A DNA stretch of 64,000 nucleotides, from NCBI GenBank assembly GCA_964412585.1, contig CAYPPJ010000004.1, positions 9,825 through 73,824 of the forward strand, read 5' to 3'. This DNA comes from an uncultured Candidatus Saccharibacteria bacterium. GTDB lineage: Bacteria; Patescibacteriota; Minisyncoccia; Phycocordibacterales; PALSA-1337. Position 1 is the first letter of the stretch. Each line of letters opens with the position of its first letter. Position numbers and translations under genes: made by a program. Shown piece by piece: positions 48,199-56,209 of this stretch. The notes beneath the pieces were generated by a model, which saw only the letters and a list, made by a program, of their open reading frames with translations, was not told the origin of the DNA and made no database searches.

Positions 48199-49677
48199 TT
48201 ATTTTTTGCTGGTATGCAATGTGCCTGACTCAAAATAGCTCTTCTCTGTGCCGATAGACTCAATGTCATACTGCTTCCCATCGATAATACTTCGGGCCGC
48301 CAATATGCCCATTTCGAGCGAATGGTCTTGGTTGTTGTATCGGAATCTTCCTGGACGTCCAATGTAGTAGAAATCTGTGAATGTATCGAGGTATTTTTTT
48401 ATGACCGCAAGATATTCTTGATAATGGGTATCATACACTGGATATACGTCTTCCTGCACAATGCGATAACACCTGCGAACTTCATCCTTTGAAATAAACT
48501 GATGGTCGGCCAAATACGCAATCGTTCGATCGAAAAGCTCTTGTTCCGACATGTTCCAGACCTCATCCCCTTTGGTACAAAAGAACTCAATAAAGAGAGA
48601 GGTTTTGCCCTCTGGAGACATCTGCGCGCTAAAGTTCCTCATTTCGCTCATACGGCCGATCGGATTGGTAAATTCAGGAAAATAAATCCACTGATCATCA
48701 GTCACCGTCTTTCTGTTGAGTGTCATGAAGACGTAGACTTGACTGCGATACGTGAGCAGTTTCTGCGCCTCGATAATCGCCTTCGGAGGACGTGGTTCAA
48801 GCAAGTTGATGAACGACTTGAGCGGAACTGACTCGACTAGATTGTTACATACAAACTCAATATCTCCTTCAGGACTACTGCACACTATCGAAGAGACTCG
48901 GCCATTGGTGTGAATAATCTTTTTTGGTTCAGTGGAACACATGATGCGATATCCTTGAGATTCCAGCTTGGCGCGAATAGTTTCGTAGATAAGCCCCGTG
49001 CCTGATTCTGGGTAATAAAATGTATCGACAAGCGTTTTCGGTTTCTTTGAATTTTTGATGCGCGTAAGTGATAGCAACATATCCTTGATGAGCGCCGTGA
49101 CATTGAGCCCCTTGATACGCTGGCCAGCCCAATCTACGTGTATATCCTTTGCTGAAATACCCCAGATTTTTTCGGTGTAGTTGATCATGTTGAACTGGCC
49201 AAGTGACTTGCCGAAATTGGCATAGACATAATCAGCAAAATTCTCTATCGGATGTTTGAAAAGACCGTAGCGAATCTTCGCCATAACATAATCAATTCCC
49301 ATACGGATAGCGCGAAAAAATCCGACGTTCTTGAGCGCCTGAAGCGCGTTGACTGGGTAGTCATAAAATTTTCCTTCAATGTATTGACGCGTCTGGCGCT
49401 TTACCTGGATCCATCGCTCCTGCAAAAGCTCCTGGATGAAATCATACAAATACTGATTTTTTGAGAAGAAACGATGAGGACCATTATCAGTTCGAAATAC
49501 CAATCCATCTTCGTGAAATTCATACGTCTTTGAAAGACCGCCAACCATCGCTTGTTTTTCAATAACAATAAACTCTTTCCCTTTCTTTGAGAGTTCCATG
49601 GCCGTGGCCAAGCCCGCTGGTCCTGCGCCAATAATCAATGTGTCTATGATGATTTTTTTCATAACGTAGAGTTTCAC
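48199..49677 (-). CDS. FAD/NAD(P)-binding oxidoreductase, UDP-galactopyranose-mutase-like
   Basis: The IGAGPAGLATAMEL dinucleotide motif and a GPHRFF...YDYPVN segment resembling Glf. At 492 aa it is longer than bacterial Glf. Confidence 0.5.
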   Translation of the reverse strand: MKLYVMKKIIIDTLIIGAGPAGLATAMELSKKGKEFIVIEKQAMVGGLSKTYEFHEDGLVFRTDNGPHRFFSKNQYLYDFIQELLQERWIQVKRQTRQYIEGKFYDYPVNALQALKNVGFFRAIRMGIDYVMAKIRYGLFKHPIENFADYVYANFGKSLGQFNMINYTEKIWGISAKDIHVDWAGQRIKGLNVTALIKDMLLSLTRIKNSKKPKTLVDTFYYPESGTGLIYETIRAKLESQGYRIMCSTEPKKIIHTNGRVSSIVCSSPEGDIEFVCNNLVESVPLKSFINLLEPRPPKAIIEAQKLLTYRSQVYVFMTLNRKTVTDDQWIYFPEFTNPIGRMSEMRNFSAQMSPEGKTSLFIEFFCTKGDEVWNMSEQELFDRTIAYLADHQFISKDEVRRCYRIVQEDVYPVYDTHYQEYLAVIKKYLDTFTDFYYIGRPGRFRYNNQDHSLEMGILAARSIIDGKQYDIESIGTEKSYFESGTLHTSKK

Positions 49678-49707
49678 CAGTATATCGCACTCATTCGGAT
49701 TAGGATA

Positions 49708-50139
49708 TCAGGAGGTTTTCCGGTTAAAAATCACCCGGTATACAAAATAGCTTTCAAGAGCAATAAGCAGGCTGGCGATTATCTGACCGATAATGTAATG
49801 CAATCCGAGTCCGTCCACACATACGTACATCAAGAGAGTGTTCAGACCGAGGTTGACCAGTGCCAAGAGCCCAAACCAACTTGCCTGCACATGAATACCC
49901 TCTCTTTCCTTATCCTGAAACGTCCAATATTTCTGCATGATAAAACTTACGCAGACAGCAATAACAAACGCGACAATTGATGAAAACAAATACCAGACAT
50001 GCGCCACATGAGTAAGAATGAACAACACTCCCACATTGACGGCGGCACCAGTTCCTCCAGAAATAAAAAAACGCACCCACTTCATCAGCTGAGGGTATCG
50101 TTGTTCAGTAGTTATATACCAATCGATGATGCGCTGTTT
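49708..50139 (-). CDS. GtrA-family membrane protein
   Basis: FISGGTGAAVNVGVLFIL... with 4 TM helices. Start trimmed to MKQRIIDW. Confidence 0.7.
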   Translation of the reverse strand, partial: KQRIIDWYITTEQRYPQLMKWVRFFISGGTGAAVNVGVLFILTHVAHVWYLFSSIVAFVIAVCVSFIMQKYWTFQDKEREGIHVQASWFGLLALVNLGLNTLLMYVCVDGLGLHYIIGQIIASLLIALESYFVYRVIFNRKTS

Positions 50140-50155
50140 CATAGGGTAGACGAGA

Positions 50156-51208
50156 TTATGATGCGAGTGCTTCAATAATTCCACGAGCAACTTCAGACGC
50201 TTCCCATCCGACAATCTGTGCACCAACTTCTCTGGCCACTCCAACATCCGTCGAAACAATCTTGCACCCTGCTGCACGCGCCTCGACAAGCGTCATGCCA
50301 TATCCTTCAAATAAAGAAGTGACGAGAAATGCGTCACAGGTTTTATAATAGGAGAACAGTGTTGTCTGATTGGCCCATTGCTCAAATATAACGTTCGTAG
50401 TCACACCAAACGCTCCGACCTGGTTTTTGAGCGAAGATTCTTGACCACCACTACCAACGATAATCAGGCCAGCTTTTGGCATGCCATTCATCACCTGTTT
50501 CCAAGCATCAATGGCAAGCCCAACATTTTTTTCCTTTTCCAGACGAGCGGCAACCAAGACAATCTTTTCAAACTGCGGATATTTCTTGTGCAGGTCTGCA
50601 CCTTCAATAATCGGTGCATTTTTGATGTGTGTCGTATCGACCGCAACCGGACGTACCTCAATCTTTTCCGCGTCAATCTGTACTGTGTTGACCAAATAAT
50701 CCTTTATCTTGTTGGACACCACGCGAATATGATCGGCCCGAGGCAAGTATGAGAGCGCAAGAGTCTTACGGATCTTCCTCATGAGACTCGTAACGTAATA
50801 GGCGCTGCCAATGTCTTCATGAACCTGAATTTCCAACGGAATAGTGAACTTCTTTTTCAGTGATATACCAGCCATGGCGGTGAGTGATGAATCTTGGCAA
50901 GTAATCTCGGTAATGCCTCTTTTTTCAATCAAAAAAGACCCCAACGAAATAGCGTCAAATGGGTACATGAACTTGGCTCGCGAATCTGTCGAGTATGCCC
51001 AACAGTTTGGTGCAATGACAGTTTCTAATTTGGCATTTGAAATTTGTGACTTGTTTGAATATTGAAGTTTGGAATTTGCTTTTTTGAATACTATGATATG
51101 CACTTCATCCCACTGTTTCGCATATTCAACCTGGCGCGCCCGGACCGCGCTCCCTTCTTCGAAGATCTTCCTATCTGTCCCAATCATCAATAACCTTCGT
51201 GGCTGCAT
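50156..51208 (-). CDS. Glycosyltransferase family 4
   Basis: C-terminal GT1 motif SLFEGYGMTLVEARAAG. Confidence 0.7.
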   Translation of the reverse strand: MQPRRLLMIGTDRKIFEEGSAVRARQVEYAKQWDEVHIIVFKKANSKLQYSNKSQISNAKLETVIAPNCWAYSTDSRAKFMYPFDAISLGSFLIEKRGITEITCQDSSLTAMAGISLKKKFTIPLEIQVHEDIGSAYYVTSLMRKIRKTLALSYLPRADHIRVVSNKIKDYLVNTVQIDAEKIEVRPVAVDTTHIKNAPIIEGADLHKKYPQFEKIVLVAARLEKEKNVGLAIDAWKQVMNGMPKAGLIIVGSGGQESSLKNQVGAFGVTTNVIFEQWANQTTLFSYYKTCDAFLVTSLFEGYGMTLVEARAAGCKIVSTDVGVAREVGAQIVGWEASEVARGIIEALAS

Positions 51209-51209
51209 G

Positions 51210-52229
51210 CTATTTTTCCAGGTGAATCTTCATAATCTCACCAGCGATTTGTTCCCACGAATGAGCGAACGAAAGTGCTTGAACTTTGCGGGCCTGCTCG
51301 GCACGATGGTTCGGATCTGCAAGCCATACAATCTTCTCGACAATGTCTTTTTTACTTTTCGGATCAACAAATACAGCAGCATCCTTGATGAGATGAGTAA
51401 TACCATTTTCTTTGGTGACAATAAATGGGGTGCCAACTCGAACGGCATCGAGAATCATGTTCGGACTGATGTCTCCCAACGATGCCAAAATAACCGCATA
51501 CGATCGGTGTATCTTCTCAACAAAGCTGTCATACACCGCCTTACCACAGTCAAGCTCAATATCGGGCAACCCCAGTCGTTTGACCTCCATTCGCGCTTCC
51601 TCAAAAGCTTCTTTGACCAACTCTGTGTTTTTCCATTTGAGCGGACGCGCTCCAGCAACAAATGTGCGATTTTCAGGTTCAATAAATGCTTCACGCTTTC
51701 CGCAATAGTTTTCCACCAGACGACTTTTTTTCGTATCAAGTTTGTATGCGGGCTCAAAGATGCCCTTCTGCCAGTTAGTACTAAAAATAAGTCGGTGTGC
51801 ATTTCGCAGAGACGCTCCACCAAGTTTGAAAACTAACTTTTCTTTGCGGGATAATTTGTCCATCGATACGGCGTAAAAGTCCTTGAGGAACACCAAGTCC
51901 CCCGTACGTTCGACATATGACTCCCACAAAAAATCACCACCAGTCCTTAATGAGTATTTTTTGTGCATCAGCTTGCAGGCATACATGGCTGGCACAGCGG
52001 CTGACCAAGTATCGAGTACCAAGATAAGATCGGCATTCCAGCCTTTGCGTATAATCTTAAGAAAATAAAAAATGTGGCGGACCAATGGAGGAAAGGCGCG
52101 TTCCCAGCGGTAGGCAGCAACTTTGACGTCATGACCTTGCTTTTTCCAGGTCTCGTAGAGATTGCGGGCGTATTGGGCGGGACCACCGATATCGGGCGGA
52201 TATATACCTGAAGCAATGAGGATTTTCAT
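51210..52229 (-). CDS. Glycosyltransferase family 4
   Basis: GT-B pattern. Start trimmed to MKILIASGIYPPDIGG. Confidence 0.7.
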   Translation of the reverse strand: MKILIASGIYPPDIGGPAQYARNLYETWKKQGHDVKVAAYRWERAFPPLVRHIFYFLKIIRKGWNADLILVLDTWSAAVPAMYACKLMHKKYSLRTGGDFLWESYVERTGDLVFLKDFYAVSMDKLSRKEKLVFKLGGASLRNAHRLIFSTNWQKGIFEPAYKLDTKKSRLVENYCGKREAFIEPENRTFVAGARPLKWKNTELVKEAFEEARMEVKRLGLPDIELDCGKAVYDSFVEKIHRSYAVILASLGDISPNMILDAVRVGTPFIVTKENGITHLIKDAAVFVDPKSKKDIVEKIVWLADPNHRAEQARKVQALSFAHSWEQIAGEIMKIHLEK

Positions 52230-52254
52230 AGGATTAAGTCTAGCACATCCCGCT

Positions 52255-53454
52255 TTAGACCACGTCCTTGAAAAGAGCCAGCATCTGGGATGAAATATTT
52301 TTCCAATCATAACGCGCCACAACCATTTCCTGTGCATTTTTGACGATATAATCGCGTGACTCCTTATCCTTGATTAATTTTTCAACCTTTTGCGCGACCG
52401 ATTGTGGGTTGTTCACTTCACAAAAAAGTCCCGTTTGGCCATCTACAAGAAAATCAGGAATACCACCAACGGGTGTGGCTATTACTGGAATACCTGCTGC
52501 CATTGCTTCCAGAAATGAATTGCCCAACCCTTCGGATAATGAAGGACGCACAAAGATGTCAGCAACATGAAGATATGGAGGCAATTCTTTTTGAGGTATA
52601 TAGCCGATGAATGTCACGCGATCTTCAATCTTCAATTGTGCGACCAGCGCCTTGAGCTCGTTCTCCAGGTGGCCACTTCCGATACTGACAAACTTCACGT
52701 TCTTTGGAAGAAGGGTCAAAGACTTCAGGATATCAGCCACGGCATTTTTCAGTACCAGTCGGCCGGTGGTTATCAACAAAATATCTCCCTCTTGTTTATT
52801 GAGTGAACGTTTCAACTCAGATGCCTCTGCGACTGAAATTTCTTCGGCAAAAAATCGAACATCAACACCATTTGGCGTGACCACAATCGGACACGTTGCA
52901 CCCAAGCTTTTGGCCCAATCAGCAAGATACGTCGAAATAGTTTGAATATAGTCAGAAACCTTAAACAATTTTTTGAAAAATGGATAAGTAATCCCAACAC
53001 GCTTCCGAATATGAGCGAACGGATCCCCTTCCTGCAGTGTCAAAATAAGTTTCACCTCGCGATGCATGAGTTTGAAAAATAACGCCGGGCCACTCGCATA
53101 ATTTGCCATGATACACCACGTCGCATGATACTTTCTTGTGGCATGAAGCTGCAATGCTTTGAGTAAAGCAAGCGGCATAAAAAGATATTTGAGTGCATAC
53201 AACAGTGGCGAACGCGTACTGCCCTTCCAACGCGGACCAACTCGATATACGTTGATATTGCCAACGCGCTCGAATTTCAAGGCCTCGGTACGCATCGTAA
53301 TCATGTCAAAATCCACTTCTTCAGGAGAAATGCGCCTGGTGATTTCTTCAACCGCAACCTCGGCACCACCGACAAAACGGTGGTAATACATGAGTGAAAA
53401 GATGAGGATGCGACGCGGCTTTTCCGGAGTGGTCATACCTTCATACTTCCACAT
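52255..53454 (-). CDS. Glycosyltransferase family 4
   Basis: SLSEGLGNSFLEAMAAGIPVIAT GT1 signature. Confidence 0.75.
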   Translation of the reverse strand: MWKYEGMTTPEKPRRILIFSLMYYHRFVGGAEVAVEEITRRISPEEVDFDMITMRTEALKFERVGNINVYRVGPRWKGSTRSPLLYALKYLFMPLALLKALQLHATRKYHATWCIMANYASGPALFFKLMHREVKLILTLQEGDPFAHIRKRVGITYPFFKKLFKVSDYIQTISTYLADWAKSLGATCPIVVTPNGVDVRFFAEEISVAEASELKRSLNKQEGDILLITTGRLVLKNAVADILKSLTLLPKNVKFVSIGSGHLENELKALVAQLKIEDRVTFIGYIPQKELPPYLHVADIFVRPSLSEGLGNSFLEAMAAGIPVIATPVGGIPDFLVDGQTGLFCEVNNPQSVAQKVEKLIKDKESRDYIVKNAQEMVVARYDWKNISSQMLALFKDVV

Positions 53455-53456
53455 AT

Positions 53457-55430
53457 TTACTCGACTTTCAACACCTGTTTGAGGACGTCCTCAGGAACTT
53501 CTGCAGGCTTTTGTTGTGATGGTTGATTTGGTTGTTGAGCCGGCTGAGAAGCTGGTACGTGTGGTTTTGGTTGAAGTGGAGGTGGCGCCGTCGGCTTAAC
53601 CTGAACTGGATCTACTTTCGCAATCGGTTTTAAATTCTTAAGCGAAGAAAGGGACTGGAAACCATCATCTGGCGGCAAATTCGCAGCCGCAGGAGCTACA
53701 GGCGTTTTCGCTGGCGTAGAAGGTGTAGAAGTTGCCTTTGGTGCCACGGCACTCGCCTGGGCTTTAGATTTACCCAGCGCAGCGGCCAGAGCATTCTTGA
53801 GATCATTTACATTCTGCGGCGAGGGAATCTTCGGATCTTGCTTTGTTGCCAGTGGCTTTGGGGCCAAGGTCGAAAGTGAAACAGGTTTTACCGGTTGTGG
53901 AGCAGGAGCAGATGCAGGAAGAATAGGCGCAGAAACAACTGGTGCAGGTTTCGCAATCAAGGCGGGCGCAGGTCTTGGATTTGCGGGAGCTGGCTGTGGT
54001 GTCGAACTGGATACAGGAGGTACAGCTGGCGCGGGTTTTGCCGAGCTCGCTGCCACCATATCAGATGCCGAAAGACGTGGCGGCGTTGCGGGTGCAGGGG
54101 GCGCCACGGCCGTCTTCTTTGCAGGCACGGACGGTTCATGGAATTTGACGATCTCAATCTCGACCTGTTCACGCGGTCGCGCAAACTGGGCTCGCGAAGA
54201 GTCGATAATCTCTTTGACATACGATGTATCTGGATGCGGAATCGGGCCAAGCGTACGCGCAGAAAATGGCGCCGATCCGAGTCCATCAATCATGAGTTTG
54301 AGGTAAATCTGCGCAAACCCGAGATTGACCAGATCTTCCATGGTGAATGTTGGCGCAAACTCTTTTTCCAACAACTCCGCATCAGTAGCTCCCACGCGGA
54401 ACGTGATCATTGTGCCAACGTTACCGAAAACAGCCGGACGCACCACTTCGTCCATTTGCTCTACATATTGGTGTGCAATCGTAAGGTTCAATTTGTATTT
54501 ACGAGCCTCCGAGAGAATATCGGCAAACGATGCATTAGCAAAGTTTTGGAATTCATCCACAAAGAGATAAAAGTTCGGCAACATCTGCATGACGCGATCA
54601 GAGACATCAGCACGAGACATGGCAGCTAGATACATCTTAGTCACCAAGAGACCGCCAAGCAATTTCATATTCTCATCACCAATCCTTCCCTTTGAAAGGT
54701 TTATGATGATAATTTTTCGGCTATCCATAGCTTCACGGAAATCAAAAGATGATACCGGCTGACCAATCATGTTGCGGATCAGTGGATTTGCAGTAAATTG
54801 ACCAACCTTGTTTTGAATAGACGGCACAGCTTCAGCCGCCATACGCTCAGTATAGTTCGCAAATTCTTTTACCCAAAATGATTTGACCGACGGATCGGTG
54901 ATATGCGAAACAATCTCTTTACGATACTCCTTGTCTGACAACATGCGATTCACCCCCAGCAGTGTAGTATTCGGAGCTTCGAGCAATGCCAACAGTGTGT
55001 TGGTCAAAATATATTCCATGCGCGCTGACCAGGCATCCACCCATATCTTTTTGAAGGTGCTCATCAATCCAGAGACGACAAGGTGGCGCTTGGTCGGATC
55101 AACACTTTCAAGGACGTTAAATGAAATAGGAAAATCCACATCGAATGGCGCAATGTGAATAACGTCTTTGATGCGTTCTTGTGGAACGTATTCGAGCAGA
55201 AGATCGGCCGTTTTGCCGTGAGGATCGATGAAGGCCATACCTTCACCATTTTGAATATCTTGCACAGCCATATTCTCAAGCAGAGTCGACTTTCCCATAC
55301 CCGTCTTTCCGATAACGTAGACGTGTTTGGTGCGGTCCTTGGCCTTGATGCCGAACTTCATCCGCTTGTTGCGGGCATCAGTTTCGGCAAAATATGTTAT
55401 GCGATTCTCATCGTTGGGAACGGGGATCAT
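53457..55430 (-). CDS. TraD/VirD4/DUF87-type (FtsK-HerA superfamily) P-loop ATPase, apparently cytoplasmic, with a long Pro/Ala-rich low-complexity C-terminal tail
   Basis: Walker A VIGKTGMGKST, Walker B LFVDEFQNFA and a TraG-D_C-like segment (EARKYKLNLTIAHQY...MITFRVGATDAE). No N-terminal TM helix. The C-terminal roughly 250 aa are P/A/S/T-rich. Confidence 0.65.
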   Translation of the reverse strand: MIPVPNDENRITYFAETDARNKRMKFGIKAKDRTKHVYVIGKTGMGKSTLLENMAVQDIQNGEGMAFIDPHGKTADLLLEYVPQERIKDVIHIAPFDVDFPISFNVLESVDPTKRHLVVSGLMSTFKKIWVDAWSARMEYILTNTLLALLEAPNTTLLGVNRMLSDKEYRKEIVSHITDPSVKSFWVKEFANYTERMAAEAVPSIQNKVGQFTANPLIRNMIGQPVSSFDFREAMDSRKIIIINLSKGRIGDENMKLLGGLLVTKMYLAAMSRADVSDRVMQMLPNFYLFVDEFQNFANASFADILSEARKYKLNLTIAHQYVEQMDEVVRPAVFGNVGTMITFRVGATDAELLEKEFAPTFTMEDLVNLGFAQIYLKLMIDGLGSAPFSARTLGPIPHPDTSYVKEIIDSSRAQFARPREQVEIEIVKFHEPSVPAKKTAVAPPAPATPPRLSASDMVAASSAKPAPAVPPVSSSTPQPAPANPRPAPALIAKPAPVVSAPILPASAPAPQPVKPVSLSTLAPKPLATKQDPKIPSPQNVNDLKNALAAALGKSKAQASAVAPKATSTPSTPAKTPVAPAAANLPPDDGFQSLSSLKNLKPIAKVDPVQVKPTAPPPLQPKPHVPASQPAQQPNQPSQQKPAEVPEDVLKQVLKVE

Positions 55431-55438
55431 ACCCCACG

Positions 55439-55470
55439 ATTATATCATGCCTACAGATGATTTTAATAGA
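55439..55470 (-). promoter_or_regulatory. Extended -10 promoter (TGATATAAT) 8 nt upstream of the ATPase start codon, giving a leaderless or near-leaderless transcript; a TTAAAA -35-like hexamer lies 16 nt upstream
   Basis: Motif read directly from the sequence. Confidence 0.3.
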
Positions 55471-55505
55471 TAAAAAGAACACCTCCTGCCTTGCGGCCGG
55501 AGGTG
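55469..55505 (-). terminator. Candidate intrinsic terminator CACCTCC-(12-nt loop)-GGAGGTG followed by a U-rich tract on the minus strand
   Basis: 7-bp stem; follows the stop of the 55536..55988 gene. Confidence 0.4.
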
Positions 55506-55535
55506 GTGGGAGCCCAAAGAATGGGCCCAGACTGA

Positions 55536-55988
55536 TTATTTCGTGTGCGGCTTGGTCCGTTCTGGGTCGAGCCGAAGGTTCATCGCGGCATCGTGATCGG
55601 CGCCGAACGAATGGGTCAAGGTCCGAGTGGCGTTCGTGCGCTGTTCACCCAGACTTTCACGGAGCTTCTTCTCATCATCCGTCAGGAAGTTCAAGGGAAC
55701 TGCCATCAGTTCGTCCGGATGAGCCTTGAAGAGCTTGAACCGACGCTCGAGGGTGGCGTCATCCAAGCCCGTCCACCGACGGTTGAACAGTTCGTGACGT
55801 TTTTCTTGTTCAACTTGCCACGCCGGCTTTCCATTTTTCATTCCGAGGATGGCCGCCAGATTTGACGCACCATGAACTCGTCCCGCTGCCTGTGCTTGTA
55901 CCATTTTTCTTGTGTGTGTTGACCGAGTTTGCAACACGACCTCGAAAACTTTTTTATTTGAGGTATCGTGCTGGGACACTGCACTCAA
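55536..55988 (-). CDS. Hypothetical protein, GC-rich (compositionally foreign)
   Basis: 150-aa ORF with no recognisable motif. GC is clearly above the flanking DNA. Confidence 0.45.
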   Translation of the reverse strand: MSAVSQHDTSNKKVFEVVLQTRSTHTRKMVQAQAAGRVHGASNLAAILGMKNGKPAWQVEQEKRHELFNRRWTGLDDATLERRFKLFKAHPDELMAVPLNFLTDDEKKLRESLGEQRTNATRTLTHSFGADHDAAMNLRLDPERTKPHTK

Positions 55989-56092
55989 GGAGGAAAATCA
56001 GCAACACGAGTCGCTGACGAGAGCTATGTCCGGTATAAAATACTACCACTTATACCAAAAAGCGCAAGTAGTATCAATAACTGTAAACAGCT

Positions 56093-56204
56093 AGCACACA
56101 GGGGCGCACACCTCCTCTTTCTTGAAGTGTAGAATGGTTTCACGTACTCGGCACACCACATCGTTTACACGCAAAGAAAGAAGAGGTGTGCGCCCCTGTG
56201 TGCT
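56093..56204. repeat. Long hairpin element B: 31-bp inverted arms with one mismatch (AGCACACAGGGGCGCACACCTCCTCTTTCTT / AAGAAAGAAGAGGTGTGCGCCCCTGTGTGCT) around a 51-nt centre containing ACTCG-GCACACCACATCGTTTA
   Basis: Read directly from the sequence; begins 6 nt after the stop of the glycoside-hydrolase-like gene. Confidence 0.6.
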
Positions 56205-56209
56205 TTGTT

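Noticed and set aside
53797-54629. Several long plus- and minus-strand ORFs (for example 53895..54629 and 53957..54289) inside the ATPase gene
   Set aside because: They fall in the GC-rich Pro/Ala-codon low-complexity tail, which produces long stop-free frames on both strands. All are antisense or out of frame relative to a motif-supported CDS.
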